A program made the translations under genes and the position numbers. A stretch of DNA of 25,313 nt from a virus. Its lineage: Duplodnaviria; Caudoviricetes. A model generated the notes under the pieces. The model was given only the letters and a program-made list of their open reading frames with translations, searched no databases and was not told where the DNA came from. Positions 1-7,182 of the stretch are shown piece after piece (the first letter of the stretch is position 1; the number at the start of each line of letters is the position of its first letter). The DNA is taken from IMG/VR virus record IMGVR_UViG_3300025751_000132, positions 1 to 25,313 of that record; one strand, 5' to 3'.

Positions 1-16
1 CGAGTGGCATATGTGA

Positions 17-62
17 GAAAAAAAAAAAACCTACAACCCGAAAAAAAAAAAACCTAGAACCT
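17..62 (+). repeat. 23-bp tandem repeat (2 copies) containing A12 tracts
   Basis: 17-39 G-A12-CCTACAACCC and 40-62 G-A12-CCTAGAACCT (2 mismatches), ending directly at ATG 63. Confidence 0.9.
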
Positions 63-272
63 ATGACAAAGAGCGAACTCAAAGAAAGGATCAGCGAAGT
101 GATGCACGATTCAGGAGTGTATCACAAACTTCATCTCCTGCTCGTTGACGAAGCGAAGGTGTTGCTTCATTCAGATATGGACTACAACTTTGGTGCTGAC
201 CTTGAACGCTACATCTTTAATTGGACTTACGCTCCCGATGTTTTGCGTGACGATAATTCTGAAAACCAATAA
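63..272 (+). CDS. Hypothetical early protein (69 aa)
   Basis: ORF track. ATG follows an A-rich leader and the gene is in tandem with downstream genes. Confidence 0.65.
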   Translation: MTKSELKERISEVMHDSGVYHKLHLLLVDEAKVLLHSDMDYNFGADLERYIFNWTYAPDVLRDDNSENQ

Positions 273-282
273 AACCTGCACA

Positions 283-672
283 ATGCAAAAGTTTGATTAT
301 TTAGAGCCACGCGCTCATAATGTTTTTAGCTTCCGCGGATTGAAGGTCTTGATGACCACACAGGAAGCGTTCAATGCCGAATTCTGCGACACCGAGGAGA
401 TGTTCTTCGTGGAGGAGACAGGACACCCCATCGTGCTGACTCACGTACTTCATTTCGCTGGGTCAGGACTACACGTTGAATGCACCGAGGATCTATCTAT
501 TTTTCGGTGTTGCGTGGAGCGTGATTGTTACGGGTCTCATGGTTGGTTGAATGGAGTGTGGACGGAGCGCAACGATAACGGGAAAGCGCATCAACTCGAA
601 ATGAGTCTTGACCGTCTTGTAGAATTCGGGGAGTTTGAAGGTTGCAGCTTCGAAACGTTCAGCAAAAAATGA
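283..672 (+). CDS. Hypothetical early protein (129 aa)
   Basis: Start moved from 145 to ATG 283, just after the previous stop. The stop overlaps the next ATG (ATGA). Confidence 0.7.
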   Translation: MQKFDYLEPRAHNVFSFRGLKVLMTTQEAFNAEFCDTEEMFFVEETGHPIVLTHVLHFAGSGLHVECTEDLSIFRCCVERDCYGSHGWLNGVWTERNDNGKAHQLEMSLDRLVEFGEFEGCSFETFSKK

Positions 673-956
673 GTACAATGCAGACTACAAAAATCATTGC
701 GGAATTCCGCATTATGCAGGAACTTGTATATGCGCTTCAAAGCGGAGACGTGTCTGATCTTTCTGCGTTCAACGAAGATATGTTGGATAAAGAGGTAGGA
801 TATTGGTTGAGCGAAGCGGAGGCAGAGGTTGGCGATGGATTCGCTGGGATCATTTGGGAAGTCCAGGACGATGAGGAGCGATTCGCTCAATGCGATTTCA
901 CCAAGTTGTATGGATCTTGTGTCGAAGTAAACCTCTTCGCCATCGTCCAAGCATAA
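669..956 (+). CDS. Small acidic hypothetical protein (95 aa)
   Basis: ATGA overlap with the upstream gene and followed by a terminator. 19 D/E versus 5 K/R. Confidence 0.75.
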   Translation: MSTMQTTKIIAEFRIMQELVYALQSGDVSDLSAFNEDMLDKEVGYWLSEAEAEVGDGFAGIIWEVQDDEERFAQCDFTKLYGSCVEVNLFAIVQA

Positions 957-963
957 CCGAAAC

Positions 964-996
964 AAAGGAGCACCCCGACCGTGGGGTGCTTTTTTT
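964..996 (+). terminator. Rho-independent terminator
   Basis: Stem AGCACCCC (969-976), loop GACCGT, GGGGTGCT (983-990), then a T-run at 991-996. Confidence 0.9.
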
Positions 997-1030
997 GTGC
1001 CATTCAGTCTCTAATTAAACCCTTGCATAA

Positions 1031-1216
1031 ATGCTTATAGAAATCATTGCGAAGTACGATTCTTGGTGCGTTGAGACGGGACGTTGCATCCCAAAAGGAG
1101 CACGTGCTCTCTTCAACGTAAAAACTCGGGCTATCTTTAATTGGGAGAGTCAGCGGTACAGGATGTACAGGGAACTCCTCCCCAAAAAAAAACTCAAAGA
1201 TGATGGGGAACTCTGA
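1031..1216 (+). CDS. Hypothetical protein (61 aa)
   Basis: ORF track. Fills the gap between the terminator and the zinc-finger gene. CxxxxxC near the N-terminus. Confidence 0.55.
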   Translation: MLIEIIAKYDSWCVETGRCIPKGARALFNVKTRAIFNWESQRYRMYRELLPKKKLKDDGEL

Positions 1217-1418
1217 TTCGTACGAAGGTCTTTTCGATCGGGATGAGGACGTGATGTCTGATCCTTGCCCTACCTGCGATGGTAGCGGAGAACTCGGGCC
1301 ATATGGCTGGGAATATCCTGAATGGGAAACGTGTCCTGATTGCCGCGGATCGGGGAGGGAGAGCGACCACGATGACCCTGACAGGAAGTTTGAAGAGCGC
1401 AGAGACCGTGACCCCTAA
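1200..1418 (+). CDS. Small DnaJ-type (CxxCxGxG) zinc-finger protein
   Basis: Two motifs, CPTCDGSG and CPDCRGSG, forming one Zn site. No J-domain. Confidence 0.75.
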   Translation: MMGNSDSYEGLFDRDEDVMSDPCPTCDGSGELGPYGWEYPEWETCPDCRGSGRESDHDDPDRKFEERRDRDP

Positions 1419-1496
1419 TAAGTACCTACTTATCTATGTCTTTATTGTATCTATAAGGACGTGTACCTATATAGGTAATCTATGGTACTTATTAGG
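1414..1496. repeat. 13-bp perfect inverted repeat enclosing a 14-bp palindrome
   Basis: CCTAATAAGTACC (1414-1426) / GGTACTTATTAGG (1484-1496), with internal TACCTATATAGGTA (1464-1477). Confidence 0.9.
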
Positions 1497-1586
1497 TACG
1501 TGCAAGAACTTTGTCAAAAAAAAAAACCTGGGGCTTCATTTATGAGAAAATGTTGCTAGATTGCCCCCTACCAAAAAACCCTACGA

Positions 1587-1892
1587 ATGATTTTTCAAAA
1601 CCTGTTTGAGCACCTTGCAGAGGTGACACGGCTTGCCGCGGTCGACACGGAGCGGTTTGCTCGTCAAGACGAGATATGGGCCGTTCTGAAACGTACGTGC
1701 CGCGACCAGCAAGGTTTGTTCACGACGGCTCTCATCGTCGAAGAAGTGAAAGCCGAGCTGCCGTGGGCGCATCGTGAAGCCATCGAAGAATTGATTGCGC
1801 TCTTTGAGCAGTCTAACCGCATCGAGTACGTCGGGCCGATCCACATTGGCGATGTTCAGGTCGACTTGTGGCGTTGGAATGGTGACTCGTAA
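1587..1892 (+). CDS. Hypothetical protein (101 aa), possibly winged-helix-like
   Basis: ATG after an A-rich leader and first gene of the coupled replication operon. The fold is a guess. Confidence 0.7.
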   Translation: MIFQNLFEHLAEVTRLAAVDTERFARQDEIWAVLKRTCRDQQGLFTTALIVEEVKAELPWAHREAIEELIALFEQSNRIEYVGPIHIGDVQVDLWRWNGDS

Positions 1893-2250
1893 GATCAGCC
1901 CGTACGTCTTCCCTGGACTTGACCTCCGATCGGATAGCGTGGACACCTACGCTTTCATCTCGAGGGTAGCGGACAAATTCCACACCAACGTAAGTACGCT
2001 ATTCAGCCCCACGCGGGAGCAGAAGGTCGTAGAGGTACGTCAATGTGTGTGGCACGTACTCTACACCCACGAGAAAAAAAATTATTCTGCCCTAGGCCGA
2101 TACTTTTCTAGGGATCACGCCACCGTGTTGTATGGCGTGAAGAAAGTTCACTCGATGCTCCGTATCGGTGACAAACAAATCAGCACGATTCACAAAGATG
2201 TTTTATCCATATACAAAATCTTAAAAGATGGCGAAGCCAAAAACGATTGA
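1879..2250 (+). CDS. Stand-alone DnaA C-terminal (domain IV) HTH-like DNA-binding protein
   Basis: RQCVWH...YSALGRYFSRDHATVLYGVKKV matches the DnaA signature IG..F.RDH[ST]TV.[HY]. Start moved to ATG 1879. Confidence 0.8.
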   Translation: MVTRKISPYVFPGLDLRSDSVDTYAFISRVADKFHTNVSTLFSPTREQKVVEVRQCVWHVLYTHEKKNYSALGRYFSRDHATVLYGVKKVHSMLRIGDKQISTIHKDVLSIYKILKDGEAKND

Positions 2251-2530
2251 TTTGACGTTGAACGTCGACCTACTCCGTGAAGCCCAGGAGTTCTTCATTA
2301 AGGGCAAGAAAGGCACGTACCTCGACCTCCGTGCGATCGAACTTGAGAACAAGCAATACAACGATTTTATGATCGTGGTAAAAGTTCCAAAGGACAAGTA
2401 CGAGCAGGGCGTGAAAGGCGCGATTGTGGGTTACGGCAAAGATTGGTCGCTCCACAATGGAGGCGGAGGTAGTGCTCCGCAGGGTCAGACGAATAACACA
2501 AAGGTTGAGTCCGAGGATCTTCCGTTCTGA
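2228..2530 (+). CDS. Putative single-stranded DNA-binding protein
   Basis: Beta-rich core, G/Q/N-rich linker and acidic C-terminal tip ESEDLPF typical of SSB tails. Replication context. Confidence 0.65.
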   Translation: MAKPKTIDLTLNVDLLREAQEFFIKGKKGTYLDLRAIELENKQYNDFMIVVKVPKDKYEQGVKGAIVGYGKDWSLHNGGGGSAPQGQTNNTKVESEDLPF

Positions 2531-3069
2531 TGCCGCAGATTCGTCTCGACCTCGACGAACTTGCAAAGCTACCCTTCAAGGAACTAGACGTGTTAAAAGC
2601 CCTTGTAAAACTCTACGCGGGCCAACCTATGAATAAGGTTACAAAAGACCTTAACTTAGACACGCAAATAGCTCAAAGCATTGCAGGTTTTTTGGTAAAC
2701 AACGGGGGAAGGCAGCGGCTTCCCCTTTTGTTTTGCGAAACGTCAGCGGAGATAGCTGACGAGAAGTTTGCCGACCTAGTTCTCGAAGTGCGGAATGAAA
2801 TGAACCGACTCCTGGGGACTGACTACAAGATCCACGAGGTGAGCAAACACATTCGGAAATGGTACGACAAGGGCTTTGTAGAAATCATTGACTACACTAG
2901 CGTTGTCGCAACGATGGCGGAGGGATGGCGTGACGAGCCTAAGCTGCGTATGCACCTGCGTCCTGCCACATTGTTTGGTGATAAATTCGAGCAGTATCGT
3001 AACATAGCTAGGATACATAGTATGCCCGTAGATCGGGTGAAGTTTGACGATGAATTCACGGGGATATGA
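2530..3069 (+). CDS. Putative replication initiator / replisome organiser (Phg_2220_C-like C-terminus)
   Basis: W...KLRMHLRPATLFGDKFEQY resembles the conserved LRPxTLFGxKFExY motif. Lies directly upstream of the helicase. Confidence 0.7.
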   Translation: MPQIRLDLDELAKLPFKELDVLKALVKLYAGQPMNKVTKDLNLDTQIAQSIAGFLVNNGGRQRLPLLFCETSAEIADEKFADLVLEVRNEMNRLLGTDYKIHEVSKHIRKWYDKGFVEIIDYTSVVATMAEGWRDEPKLRMHLRPATLFGDKFEQYRNIARIHSMPVDRVKFDDEFTGI

Positions 3070-3959
3070 TGTATGTAAAGGAGATTCACGAGTGGAAAAA
3101 CCAAGCCTATGAACTGCGTAACGAAATCAGAGACGAGATATGTCTCACGGGATTGGAGGAGTTGGACAACCTATACATTCCGCGCAAAGGCTATCCCCTG
3201 TTCATTGCGGGTGCGCCTCATCACGGTAAGTCGGTATTTGTAAAATGGTTGCTTGTTGAATGGAGCGAACGCTACGATTGGAGACACTTCATCTATATGG
3301 GCGAGGAAGGCGGGATAGCCGAACTAGCCATAGATCTAGTAGAGATGCACGTAGGGCTACCAGCGCGGAAAAAAAACTTCCGTGGCGAGGAGCAGGAGTG
3401 TATGAGTATAGAGGAGTTCGAGTTGGCCCTCGAATGGGTAGGCAAGCACTTCGCCTTTTTCGATGGCGACGAGTTGGAAGGGGAGTTTACCCCCGACCTG
3501 TTCTACGAAGCGGCAGCTACAGGTACATACGACACTACGTGCCTCGATCCCTGGAACGACGTAGGGCGGGACTTGCGTTTGAGTGGTGGGAGAGAAGATG
3601 TTTGGCTCACGAACGAGTTGAAGAAGATTCGTCAGCATAGCAAGCGACACGATCGAATCGACATCGTGGTCAACCACATCGCAAAGTTGAACGCGGATGC
3701 GGTGACCAAATCAGGCAAGCGTTATCAGAAGCCCGCCCTTCCGCAGGAGTGGGCTGGAGGACAAGCGTGGTATCGCAGAGCGTTCACGATGCTTCTCGTG
3801 TACCGCCCACCTGTCGATGAGGTTTTGCGTGAGGGCGACCCTCCAACCCGCGATGGGGAGACTTGGATCATAAACCAAAAGACGAAGCCCAAGGGTAGCG
3901 GACAACTAGGTAGAGCCAAACTCTTTCTATGTCGAACAACTAATCGTTTCACGGAATGA
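3066..3959 (+). CDS. SF4 (DnaB / T7 gp4 / Twinkle-like) replicative helicase, helicase domain only
   Basis: Walker A AGAPHHGKS, catalytic-Glu region YMGEE, Walker B LDPWN, H3-like VNHIAK. Confidence 0.85.
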   Translation: MMYVKEIHEWKNQAYELRNEIRDEICLTGLEELDNLYIPRKGYPLFIAGAPHHGKSVFVKWLLVEWSERYDWRHFIYMGEEGGIAELAIDLVEMHVGLPARKKNFRGEEQECMSIEEFELALEWVGKHFAFFDGDELEGEFTPDLFYEAAATGTYDTTCLDPWNDVGRDLRLSGGREDVWLTNELKKIRQHSKRHDRIDIVVNHIAKLNADAVTKSGKRYQKPALPQEWAGGQAWYRRAFTMLLVYRPPVDEVLREGDPPTRDGETWIINQKTKPKGSGQLGRAKLFLCRTTNRFTE

Positions 3960-4324
3960 AGAAGAAGGTGATACCCTACCGTGTTGAGAAGATTGACGAC
4001 GTGGTGCGTATGGCCGACAGGCTTCACGCAGGAGGTGTAGCAGATACGATTGAGCTGCAACTAGAAGAGCCATTGCCTATCCACCCGCAGACCCGCAAAG
4101 CCCTGCGTAAATCGGTCGATCAGATATGGAGGTTGTTGCATCAGGCGTACTGCCTAGAACAGATGCTTGACGCGGTTGACGCTAGTCTAAAGCACGAGAA
4201 GAAGCTAAACCTTGACCTACGGGTAGAGAACAGGACGTTGATTGAGAGCAATGCAAAACTGCAAAAGGAGAATCGTACCTTAAAAGCCGAGATCAACAAA
4301 CTAATGAGCAATGGAGGACTATGA
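3956..4324 (+). CDS. Hypothetical coiled-coil protein (122 aa)
   Basis: ATGA coupling. Heptad pattern LRVENRTLIESNAKLQKENRTLKAEINKL. Confidence 0.75.
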   Translation: MKKKVIPYRVEKIDDVVRMADRLHAGGVADTIELQLEEPLPIHPQTRKALRKSVDQIWRLLHQAYCLEQMLDAVDASLKHEKKLNLDLRVENRTLIESNAKLQKENRTLKAEINKLMSNGGL

Positions 4325-4628
4325 CGATGAGTTTGGCTACGATGGGACAGACGACAACATTGAGATCCTCCTAGAGGATGCCCAAGAGGATCAGAACCAA
4401 GCCTATCTATACATACGAATTAGAAAGAATCCAGGGGACTACAACCTGATAGAGGAGGATGAATACGGACATTCAGCTAATTGTGATGAGTTCACCATTT
4501 TTTCTAGTGGAAGTATAGATCAGTTTGCGGTGATGTTCCTGCAACTATTTGAGATGGACGAGACGTACATCGACGCGGTAGCTGCCGCGATTAAAGCATA
4601 CCAAGAATTCAAATCAAGAGACAACTGA
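4311..4628 (+). CDS. Highly acidic hypothetical protein (105 aa)
   Basis: 27 D/E versus 6 K/R. TGATG coupling to the next gene. Confidence 0.75.
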   Translation: MEDYDDEFGYDGTDDNIEILLEDAQEDQNQAYLYIRIRKNPGDYNLIEEDEYGHSANCDEFTIFSSGSIDQFAVMFLQLFEMDETYIDAVAAAIKAYQEFKSRDN

Positions 4629-5011
4629 TGAAAGAGTTATCAGAAGACCAAAAGAAGTCTATGCGCGAGTTGTTTGAAGAGAACAACCTGTCTAAGGACG
4701 ACGTGTTTACGCACAAGCACTATGTGATCATTACTCGATCGGGTATCGAGAAGATTCAAGCGACCCAAAACATCGAGGTTCAGTACGATGTGATTAAGAT
4801 GGATCGGGACTTCGTAGTGCTCAAAGCAATCGCTTCAAGCGGAGACCGCATCGTTGAAACCTTTGGGGAGGCTGGGCCTGAAAACTGCCGCAATGCGTAT
4901 TACGTGGCTACGGCAGAGAAGCGGGCTTTGAGCCGTGCCGTCCTGAAGATTGTGGGGCTATACAAGCACCGTGTCTTTGGGGAGGACGAGAATGTCCAAG
5001 ACGATGAGTGA
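4628..5011 (+). CDS. Conserved-looking phage protein, possible ssDNA-annealing (RecT/Rad52-like) protein
   Basis: AEKRALSRAVLK helix resembles annealase C-terminal motifs, and it sits in the replication module. The gene is secure but the function is tentative. Confidence 0.45.
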   Translation: MKELSEDQKKSMRELFEENNLSKDDVFTHKHYVIITRSGIEKIQATQNIEVQYDVIKMDRDFVVLKAIASSGDRIVETFGEAGPENCRNAYYVATAEKRALSRAVLKIVGLYKHRVFGEDENVQDDE

Positions 5012-5282
5012 TTGGATAGATGAAGTGTTCGAGGAACTCGAAAAGCCCGAGGTCACCGAACGGATGCGAAATTATTTGCTAAATCTTTTGAGGCAATGTC
5101 GGTATTACGACAAAGTACACGAGAACTACGTTGCTGAAATCCTAGATTCGGATTTGTCCTTGTTGAGGTTCAAGCAATTGACCACAACTTTTGAAATGAA
5201 CAAACTCGATGTAAGGTATGATTACGCACCCAGTCAAAGGGATCTGTCTCGCTTTATTCGATATATCTGTGATTTAGAGTGA
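5004..5282 (+). CDS. Hypothetical protein (92 aa)
   Basis: Start moved to ATG 5004 (MSDWIDEV), overlapping the previous stop. GTGA coupling downstream. Confidence 0.7.
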   Translation: MSDWIDEVFEELEKPEVTERMRNYLLNLLRQCRYYDKVHENYVAEILDSDLSLLRFKQLTTTFEMNKLDVRYDYAPSQRDLSRFIRYICDLE

Positions 5283-5512
5283 AGAACAAACTCCTGCAAA
5301 CGCTTATGAGCCTAGACTTAACCGAAGTCTTTAAAACCAAAGGAGACCTGAAGCGTTGGAGTGCAAAGCGTACCATTGGAGGGTTGCTAGCCGCAACCGC
5401 TTGTAATGACATCGTGCTGAATGGAATGTCTTGGATGGCAGTTGTATTGTCTGCCATCTCGATCGTTCCTATTTGTCTTTCATTTACCGAAAACCGCTGC
5501 CAAGAGAAATGA
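5279..5512 (+). CDS. Small membrane protein (holin/antiholin-like, 77 aa)
   Basis: Basic N-region KGDLKRWSAKRT, then hydrophobic segments IGGLLAATA and MSWMAVVLSAISIVPICLSF. Confidence 0.6.
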   Translation: MKNKLLQTLMSLDLTEVFKTKGDLKRWSAKRTIGGLLAATACNDIVLNGMSWMAVVLSAISIVPICLSFTENRCQEK

Positions 5513-5751
5513 AAGTCTCTCCTACTATCGTTCGCGTAAGAGCGAGCAAAGACCTGACGTATTTAGAATACGATGCAGGTCGATGTCCTGTAACTGGAAG
5601 ATTAAGAGCCGACAGAATTAAGGAAGAAAGCAGGGTCATAGACTTTTTAGTGACACCGAGAGTGATGGATCTTTTACGCGAGTCGTATCCTGAATCATTC
5701 AGTTCAGATGTAATGGAGGCATTTCAAGTGGAGATCACTTGGATTGATTGA
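5509..5751 (+). CDS. Hypothetical protein (80 aa)
   Basis: Start moved to ATG 5509 (ATGA overlap with the previous stop). Confidence 0.6.
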   Translation: MKVSPTIVRVRASKDLTYLEYDAGRCPVTGRLRADRIKEESRVIDFLVTPRVMDLLRESYPESFSSDVMEAFQVEITWID

Positions 5752-5769
5752 ACCTTTTGCCTACCTTTG
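5738..5769 (+). promoter_or_regulatory. Bacteroidota sigma-70-type promoter (-33 TTG / -7 TAnnTTTG)
   Basis: TTG at 5739-5741, 20-nt spacer, exact TACCTTTG at 5762-5769, ATG at 5774. Confidence 0.6.
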
Positions 5770-5773
5770 GCAT

Positions 5774-6004
5774 ATGGAAGAGATCAAAGACTTGTGTACG
5801 AAGTTACAGGAAGTACGGAAGGACAAGGGTGTAAGCCTGGACTTACTTGCGGCTATGTCAGAGATTGACAAGTCAACCCTTTCAAAGTATGAGCGTGGAG
5901 TCTTGTGCCCGAAGTTTGACACACTACAGAAGTGGGCGCGCGTGTTGGGACAAAGCGTTTCTATTCAGGTTCAGCCTGTTTTCGAGGAATTAGCGGAGTT
6001 TTGA
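5774..6004 (+). CDS. XRE-family helix-turn-helix transcriptional regulator
   Basis: LQEVRKDKGVSLDLLAAMSEIDKSTLSKYERG..CPKFDTLQKWARVLG is a typical HTH_3 pattern. Start moved to ATG 5774. Confidence 0.9.
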   Translation: MEEIKDLCTKLQEVRKDKGVSLDLLAAMSEIDKSTLSKYERGVLCPKFDTLQKWARVLGQSVSIQVQPVFEELAEF

Positions 6005-6332
6005 AATAACTCTCGAACGCCTCGATACATTGATCGAGTCCCTTGCAGATAAGGGCTTGATAACCTCTCCGTTGGAGGTCAGCTATCCAAGCACGTTGGT
6101 GCGGTGATGGTTGGCCTCCTTTTCTTTTAATCTCTATACATAGGCCGTGGTAGCCATCCCGAGGTTCATAAAAGATAAGGTCAGGTACTCCCTTTCGGTA
6201 GCCCTGACGCTTGATCTTTTTTGCCTCGGCAATTCTCATTCTTGCACCCCCCACAGTCGCACAATACAGGATGTGAGGGTATTGCTCCTTTACGAGATCC
6301 ACAAGGGTGCTTTGGATCTCGTGTTCGCTCAT
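5961..6332 (-). CDS. VRR-NUC domain nuclease (PD-(D/E)xK; possible Holliday junction resolvase)
   Basis: N-terminal EHEIQ, GVPDL, IEIK, and G..SPHQ..W motifs. Confidence 0.88.
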   Translation of the reverse strand: MSEHEIQSTLVDLVKEQYPHILYCATVGGARMRIAEAKKIKRQGYRKGVPDLIFYEPRDGYHGLCIEIKRKGGQPSPHQRAWIADLQRRGYQALICKGLDQCIEAFESYFKTPLIPRKQAEPE

Positions 6333-6799
6333 TGGAGGAACTCATACCAATCTACCTCGGATGCGTTGAACCCTGGGCAGAAGGTATTACGGAACTCGCA
6401 ATGAGAGTAGACGGGCAGTTCTGTACCTGCAAACTCACGGAGCGTTTGGATGACCGTGGCGACGCTCTTTTGCTGACTCGGGGTGATCGTAACCGCGGCC
6501 TCTCCGTCGCTATCTAGGCCGCCTACAAAGCATACCCCAAAAGAGGTCGTGTTTTGCCCAAGGCAATGCGCTCCGCGCTTGTGTAGGGGACGGCCTACCT
6601 TGATCTTCCCGTCGTACTCAATGTAGACGTGGTAAGCGATGTCGTGCCACCCCTTCTCCTCTACGTGCAGCTTACGACACCACTCTACATCGTACTTCTT
6701 TGACCGCTTGGTGGCGGTGTGATGCAGAATGATTTTGTCGAAGTTGACGTTGAGTCGTTGGCCTTTTAGATCAAGACTTCTTTTTGGTGCTTGTGACAC
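6329..6799 (-). CDS. Endolysin, N-acetylmuramoyl-L-alanine amidase (Amidase_2 / T7 lysozyme-like)
   Basis: IILHHTA, GWHDIAYH, GAHC.G.N..S.GVC..GG, H...CPG Zn-ligand pattern. Start uncertain (GTG). Confidence 0.92.
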   Translation of the reverse strand: MSQAPKRSLDLKGQRLNVNFDKIILHHTATKRSKKYDVEWCRKLHVEEKGWHDIAYHVYIEYDGKIKVGRPLHKRGAHCLGQNTTSFGVCFVGGLDSDGEAAVTITPSQQKSVATVIQTLREFAGTELPVYSHCEFRNTFCPGFNASEVDWYEFLQ

Positions 6800-6947
6800 G
6801 ATCCTCTACGATTGCGTTGATAATGGTATCAAAGATTGCCCACACTTGTGTTGGCTTCTCTGAAGGAATAAGATTTACGATCACCTTCGTAAATGCGAGG
6901 AGTGCGATGAGCAGCTCACCCCAGTTTTCAACAATAAAGTCAATCAT
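6771..6947 (-). CDS. Putative holin (58 aa; not in ORF track)
   Basis: Manual translation: MIDFIVENWGELLIALLAFTKVIVNLIPSEKPTQVWAIFDTIINAIVEDRVTSTKKKS. Hydrophobic N-terminus and basic tail, directly upstream of the amidase. Confidence 0.7.
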   Translation of the reverse strand: MIDFIVENWGELLIALLAFTKVIVNLIPSEKPTQVWAIFDTIINAIVEDRVTSTKKKS

Positions 6948-7119
6948 CTTTTTTTGATGTATGTTTTTTTCGTGAATTTCTAGCCTCTAAAGCGCGTTCC
7001 GCATTCATCCAAATAAGAGTGCAAGCTGCCAAAAGGCTTAGACCTGTGGCAAGGTAGTCAGAAAGCATTCCAAATGAAATTGTTAGCCCTAGTATATTGA
7101 GCAAATTCTCCTTGGTCAT
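6940..7119 (-). CDS. Small membrane protein, holin-like (59 aa)
   Basis: Hydrophobic LLNILGLTISFGML and LATGLSLLAACTLIWM segments plus a basic tail, in the lysis cassette. Start moved to ATG 7119. Confidence 0.6.
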   Translation of the reverse strand: MTKENLLNILGLTISFGMLSDYLATGLSLLAACTLIWMNAERALEARNSRKKHTSKKDD

Positions 7120-7182
7120 ATACCATCTTACGGGGGTCAGAGTGTACATAATAGTAACAAATTCTGATTTGTACCAAGATTT

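Noticed and set aside
17-62. Possible mini-CRISPR array
   Set aside because: Only two adjacent low-complexity units, with no spacer and no cas genes.
145-282. Extended N-termini in the ORF track (145, 642, 1795, 4950, 5431, 5744, 7149, 21929, 25111)
   Set aside because: Most overlap neighbouring genes. Downstream ATGs give the tight stop/start coupling or spacing used throughout this genome (7149 versus 7119 is least certain).
1279-1545. 88-aa ORF spanning the inverted-repeat region
   Set aside because: Overlaps the zinc-finger gene and runs through palindromic and poly-A DNA, so it is better explained as non-coding.
2203-2211. TTATCCATA, a one-mismatch DnaA box inside the DnaA-IV-like gene
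   Set aside because: A single imperfect 9-mer is expected by chance and no cluster was seen.
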